From positions 10,855-74,854 of the forward strand of contig VFGY01000021.1 of the NCBI GenBank assembly GCA_009392195.1: a stretch of DNA of 64,000 bases. Reading direction: 5' to 3'. Of this stretch, positions 59,846-64,000 are shown piece by piece. Below the pieces are notes generated by a model that saw only the letters and a program-made list of their open reading frames with translations, searched no databases and had not been told where the DNA came from. This DNA is from SAR202 cluster bacterium. GTDB taxonomy: Bacteria; Chloroflexota; Dehalococcoidia; Lucifugimonadales; OSU-TB39. Every line of letters begins with the position of its first letter. The stretch's first letter is position 1. Position numbers and translations under genes: made by a program.

Positions 59846-60694
59846 ATGTTAATATTTTTAAGATTATTAAAATTAAATGAAACTTTGTTTGCGCTCCCAT
59901 TTGCCTATTGCGGGCTGCTTTTGGCGTATAAATCTGCCGAAGAATTCAGTTTAGTCAAAATAATTTGGATAACCCTAGCTATGGTGGGTGCGAGAACATT
60001 TGGAATGCTAATGAATAGAGTTGTTGATAAGCACATCGACTCGATGAATCCAAGGACTAAGGACAGAGATTTGCCTTCAGGAAGAGTTAATGTGCTTAGT
60101 ATATTGTTGATAGGATTTCTTGCCTTGGTGATATTTCTATATTCCGCTTTTATGTTGAATGACATGGCTTTTTATTTATCCCCTATAGTAGCTGCATATA
60201 TGTTGATTTATTCGTACACAAAACGATTTACTTGGCTTAGTAGTTTTTTCTTGGGAGGGGTTTTAGCAATCGCTCCTAGCGGAGCCTGGATAGGAGTAAA
60301 TGGATCTTTAGGGGTTGAACCAATCATTTTATCACTTGGGGTTGCTTTGTGGGCAACTTCGTTTGATATTCTGTATCATATTCAAGATGTGGATTTTTAT
60401 TCGGTAAACAAATTACACTCATTTTCGTCTAGGTTTGGAATCGCAACATCAGTAAAAGCAACAAAGTTATTGGATTTAATATCAGTACTAATACTGATTT
60501 TGTTAGGCGCTGTCGCAGATTTAAGTTTGGTTTATTATATTGGTCCGATTATTGTAGGATGTATTTTGTTTTATAAACATAGGTATATCAGTTATCATGG
60601 TGTTATTGTTGGAAGTCAGAAATTTTTCCGATTGAATCCTATTGTGTCTTTCTCAGTTTTCTTTTCTATATTGGGAAGTTTAATAGTGACTTGA
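59846..60694 (+). CDS. UbiA-family polyprenyltransferase (MqnP-like)
   Basis: TLFALPFAY, MVGART..M..NR.VD..ID..NPRT..R.LPSG, YSYTKRFTW, FDILY..QD. Confidence 0.9.
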   Translation: MLIFLRLLKLNETLFALPFAYCGLLLAYKSAEEFSLVKIIWITLAMVGARTFGMLMNRVVDKHIDSMNPRTKDRDLPSGRVNVLSILLIGFLALVIFLYSAFMLNDMAFYLSPIVAAYMLIYSYTKRFTWLSSFFLGGVLAIAPSGAWIGVNGSLGVEPIILSLGVALWATSFDILYHIQDVDFYSVNKLHSFSSRFGIATSVKATKLLDLISVLILILLGAVADLSLVYYIGPIIVGCILFYKHRYISYHGVIVGSQKFFRLNPIVSFSVFFSILGSLIVT

Positions 60695-60709
60695 ATGTTA
60701 GGAGGCTAT

Positions 60710-61315
60710 TTGAATAACGAAACAACCATTGAAAAGCCATTAGTAGTTGGAATATCGGGAGCAAGCGGTTCTATAATAGCGTCTAAGCTAGTAGATGCTT
60801 TAATAGAACGGGATATTCAAGTTGCACTAATCGTTTCCCATGCCTCGAGGATTGTTTGGAAGCAAGAAATGGATGAATCTTTTGGAGAGTTTTTAGAAAG
60901 GAAGATTCAAACTGGTAAAGTGAAAAATTATCATATCGGCGATATCCAAGCGCCAATGGCAAGTGGGACTTATCCGATAAGAGGGATGGTTATTGTGCCA
61001 TGTTCGATGGCCACAGTTGCTGCTTTAGCTACAGGATTAGCGGATAATTTACTGCGTAGAACTGCTGATGTTTGCTTTAAGGAAAGGCGGCCAATAACGA
61101 TAGTTCCTAGAGAAACTCCACTTAGCCAATTACATTTAGAAAACCTGTCAAAGCTTGCTAACATGGGTGCTAATATAATGCCACCGCAACCAGCTTTCTA
61201 CCTGAAGCCAAACAGTTTGGATGATGTTGTGGAGTTTTTAGTTCAAAGACTGTTAATGACCTGTGGCATAACCGATGAATTGCCTCAAGATATAAGATAC
61301 AATGGGCCAAATTAG
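60710..61315 (+). CDS. ubiX: Flavin prenyltransferase
   Basis: VGISGASG, ASGT, VPCSM, DNLL.R.ADV..KERR, PRETPL, PAFY..P; TTG 60710 after GGAGG. Confidence 0.93.
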   Translation: MNNETTIEKPLVVGISGASGSIIASKLVDALIERDIQVALIVSHASRIVWKQEMDESFGEFLERKIQTGKVKNYHIGDIQAPMASGTYPIRGMVIVPCSMATVAALATGLADNLLRRTADVCFKERRPITIVPRETPLSQLHLENLSKLANMGANIMPPQPAFYLKPNSLDDVVEFLVQRLLMTCGITDELPQDIRYNGPN

Positions 61316-61339
61316 ACAAACTATTTTGAAGGTAAAAAT

Positions 61340-61900
61340 ATGATACCTGCATTCGACGTGATTAAAGCATTAAATATTAAGCGTAAGGATGAAATTGTCG
61401 TTGGAACTATGACACCTAATCGTTACTGGGAACTTGTATCAGATAATCCCAAAAAGGATTTACCGGTTTTTGGTGCGATGGGTAAAGCTTCATCATTAGG
61501 ATTAGGGGTAGCATTATCGAAGCCTAGCGAAAAGGTCTGGGTTTTAGATGGCGACGGTTCTATTTTAATGAATTTAGGAAGTTTAATCACAATTGCTGGT
61601 CAAAAACCTGAAAATTTTTTCCATTTTGTTTTTCAAGATGGGATTTATTTTACCACTGGAGGACAGCCTGTACCTGGGGGAGGCAACGTAGACCTTGCGG
61701 GCATAGCTTTGAAATCGGGCTATGCACATGTGTTTACTTTTGATGATTTGGAGCATTTCATAAATGAATTAGATGAGATTAATGAATTAAATGGGCCAGT
61801 TTTTGTCTGTCTTAAGGTGCAACATAGTAAAGATGCACCGGAGATGTATATTGGCAGTACCAAAAATGCAATCAATCGTTTTATGAAAGAGAACAATTGA
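61340..61900 (+). CDS. ThDP-binding beta subunit, sulfopyruvate/phosphonopyruvate decarboxylase (ComE-like)
   Basis: GAMG.ASSLGLG.AL..P...VWVLDGDGS.LMNLGSL.TIA, 'TTGGQP'; 186 aa, PP domain only. Confidence 0.8.
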   Translation: MIPAFDVIKALNIKRKDEIVVGTMTPNRYWELVSDNPKKDLPVFGAMGKASSLGLGVALSKPSEKVWVLDGDGSILMNLGSLITIAGQKPENFFHFVFQDGIYFTTGGQPVPGGGNVDLAGIALKSGYAHVFTFDDLEHFINELDEINELNGPVFVCLKVQHSKDAPEMYIGSTKNAINRFMKENN

Positions 61901-61937
61901 ATTTTTTGATTTGCTTGAATTACAAATAGGAGTTAAT

Positions 61938-63239
61938 TTAAAGTAATTTTGAAATTAATTCGGAAATCTGGTCTTCACTACCAAATCCACCGGACTTGGT
62001 TATTATATTGAATCGCACATTGTTTTCAGGTAGTGGTAAGCTGAGTATTGTTCCTGGCAATATTTCTTCTATAGCTTCGATTTTTCCTATTGAAGCCGTT
62101 TTCAAAACTATGTTTGCTGTATCACCTCCGATTAATATGAATGTTTTGTAAAAATCGTAAGACATTAATTTAGTAGAGATAATAGATAGAAATTTATGTA
62201 GTCTTTTGGAAGTGAAGCTTTTATTTTTCGTTCCTAAAGATGGTTGTTTGTTTTGTTTGATGGCAATATTTGTTTTCGAGTAAATCGAATCTTCAATAAT
62301 ACTACACACACGTTTATATTCTTTATTAAAAGAAGTATCTAATTGAAGGGCATCTGTATCTATTGTGATATTCGATATTTTTTTTAAGTCTGATAATTTA
62401 GTGAAGTGCGTTTTTGTTGTTTGGTGGTAACTTAAGCTAATTAAGGCAAATGGATTTTGCTGAATATTAACCTTTGGTGGTTTATAAGGCCGAACTGCAA
62501 TTGATTCTGATATAGATTTAGTTAAGCCTGCTGATCCTACTAATAGGCACTTAGGGAAATATTTTTTTGTTGTATTGTAGATCTGATTTAAATCTTTTCT
62601 TGATAATGAGTCAAAGCAAATGATTTTCACATTTGACTCAATCATTGACTTTAGCCTTATATATAGGCTCTTTTCGTCTGTATCAATTTCTTTTTGAGTT
62701 ACTAATCTTGTTTTTAAGCCTGATTGTATTTCTAGGGATTTTTCCGTTTGGTATCGTACATCTTTAGGTAGCTTAGAGTTGTTTTGAGTGTGGTCGATTG
62801 GGTTGCCTTCAGATTTGATTATTCCCATAGTTTGAATTCGTTTTAATTCGGGATATGGAAGGCAAACAAACGCATATGGGATATGGAATTTGCTTAGGAT
62901 TGCATTAATTTCGAATCCAATATTACCTCTCCCAGTTGAATCTACTTTTTTAAAAGGATGTGAATTTTCAAAAAGCCATTTATATTCGGAAAATAACAAA
63001 TCATACATCGATTCGATTTTTTTATTTGTTGAATTGCGGGTTTCAGTATTTAATACCACCACTTGGTTCATATTGCTGGCTAGGTCTTTTTTTATAACCT
63101 CAATATTTTTGGGTAACTCACAATACACTATAGTTTTGTACCCATTGGAGGAGAATGTACAACTTGAATCCAAAGCACCAGTTAAATCATCGGCGAGAAT
63201 TACTATAGGAGAAGATATTTTATTAATGTGATTGGCCAA
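61938..63239 (-). CDS. Four-carbon acid sugar kinase family (DUF1537) protein
   Basis: ADDLTGA.D, NTETR, FKKVDST.RGNIG.E, GSAGL, GGDTA, TKSGGFG. Confidence 0.9.
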   Translation of the reverse strand: MANHINKISSPIVILADDLTGALDSSCTFSSNGYKTIVYCELPKNIEVIKKDLASNMNQVVVLNTETRNSTNKKIESMYDLLFSEYKWLFENSHPFKKVDSTGRGNIGFEINAILSKFHIPYAFVCLPYPELKRIQTMGIIKSEGNPIDHTQNNSKLPKDVRYQTEKSLEIQSGLKTRLVTQKEIDTDEKSLYIRLKSMIESNVKIICFDSLSRKDLNQIYNTTKKYFPKCLLVGSAGLTKSISESIAVRPYKPPKVNIQQNPFALISLSYHQTTKTHFTKLSDLKKISNITIDTDALQLDTSFNKEYKRVCSIIEDSIYSKTNIAIKQNKQPSLGTKNKSFTSKRLHKFLSIISTKLMSYDFYKTFILIGGDTANIVLKTASIGKIEAIEEILPGTILSLPLPENNVRFNIITKSGGFGSEDQISELISKLL

Positions 63240-63526
63240 GATTTGATACTTATGAGGTTGATATAGGTTTATTAGTAATTATACGCCAATTGTTTGTTTT
63301 GAATATATGGTTTGATTTTTCAATTAATGCTCTGGTTAAATTTGGTTACTGAAGTATTGACTACGGTATATTAATCAAATATAATTTTCTTTTCATTTAA
63401 ACGTTTCGGGAATTGTTTTTTGAGTTCACAATTACCTTAAGACATATATCCATGCGTTTTGTACTTTAAAAATTTAATCGTGTAATGAATAGGCTTAGTT
63501 TTATATATGACGGTATAAGACTTGGC

Positions 63527-63556
63527 CTGACTTCGCATTAATGGTTAGATGATAAT
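63527..63556 (+). promoter_or_regulatory. Possible promoter for the 23S rRNA gene
   Basis: CTGACT (63527-32), 18 bp, GATAAT (63551-56), ending ~14 bp before the 23S 5' end. Confidence 0.35.
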
Positions 63557-63570
63557 TTGGCCTTAATGTG

Positions 63571-64000
63571 GGTCAAGATAATAAGAGTTTACGGTGGATG
63601 CCTTGGAGCCAAAAGCCGAAGAAGGGCGCGGTAAGACTGCGATAAGCCTCGGTGAGCTGTCTGACAAGCTTAGCCGGGGATTCCCGAATTAGGAAACTTA
63701 TTACGGGTTGTGCCGTAATATCCGCATAGCGGAAGGTAAGTGGGAGAACTGAAACATCTAAGTATCCCGAGGAAAAGAAATCTACCAGAGATTCCCTTAG
63801 TAGTGGCGAACGAAATGGGAAGAGCACAAACCGATATTGCTTAGTGGATTGAGGTCCTATGTAATGTCGGGGTTGTAACACTCGCCTGCCTGAACCTCAG
63901 ATAAGGTAAGGAGTAAAAAATCTTTCATTTAGTTGAACGCATCTGGAAAGAACGACCATAGAAGGTGATAGTCCTGTAAGCGAAAAATGTTAGACTCCTG
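63571..64000 (+). rRNA. rrl: 23S rRNA, 5' portion (truncated by window end)
   Basis: GGTCAAG...ACGGTGGATGCCTTGG, GAACTGAAACATCTAAGTA, GAGGAAAAGAAA, GAGATTCCCTTAGTAGTGGCGA, GAAGGTGATAGTCCTGTA are conserved 23S domain I segments. Confidence 0.98.

Noticed and set aside
959-63231. Numerous 60-155 aa ORFs antisense to or nested in long genes (e.g. 15413-15880, 55962-56423, 47797-48171)
   Set aside because: They overlap well-supported genes, lack RBS or family motifs, and have the composition expected of antisense frames.
63573-63881. 102-aa minus-strand ORF
   Set aside because: It is antisense to the 23S rRNA gene, a typical spurious ORF.
1-64000. CRISPR arrays, tRNAs, IS elements, integrases, prophage genes
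   Set aside because: No spaced direct repeats, tRNA cloverleaf/T-loop in intergenic DNA, or transposase/integrase/phage motifs were seen by eye.

Overview
AT-rich, gene-dense bacterial chromosome segment. Gene content and order point to Chloroflexota/Dehalococcoidia, most plausibly a marine SAR202-like lineage (inference from the short EF-Ts, a 23S rRNA gene with no 16S upstream, the rpsB-tsf-pyrH-frr-uppS-cdsA-dxr-rseP-ispG-proS order, and many paralogous catabolic enzymes). It contains housekeeping blocks: dapB-pnp-rpsO, rpsB..proS, glmS-plsC-cmk, fdx-acnA-rpmB-fakA-fakB-recG, pheA, a Ktr K+ uptake locus, ubiD/ubiA/ubiX-like menaquinone genes and the 5' end of 23S rRNA. Between these lie many orphan enzymes: two DHDPS-like aldolases, three amidohydrolases, SDRs, GH127-like and GHL10-like proteins, ThDP enzymes and an amidase with a GatC-like partner. 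I saw no CRISPR array, tRNA, transposase or integrase. The strongest novelty candidate is a two-gene operon at 49673-51737 with a near-consensus promoter. It encodes a DHDPS-family Schiff-base aldolase translationally coupled to a divergent MfnB-like (methanofuran furan-ring synthase) enzyme fused to a C-terminal TusA/SirA-like domain with a Cys. Other notable signals are a probable ATT start codon for proS, a GH127-like protein lacking the catalytic Cys motifs, an amidohydrolase with a degenerate second metal site, an orphan ComE-like beta subunit, and an OGFr-domain gene just downstream of glmS. All family calls come from motif recognition by eye; no searches were run.
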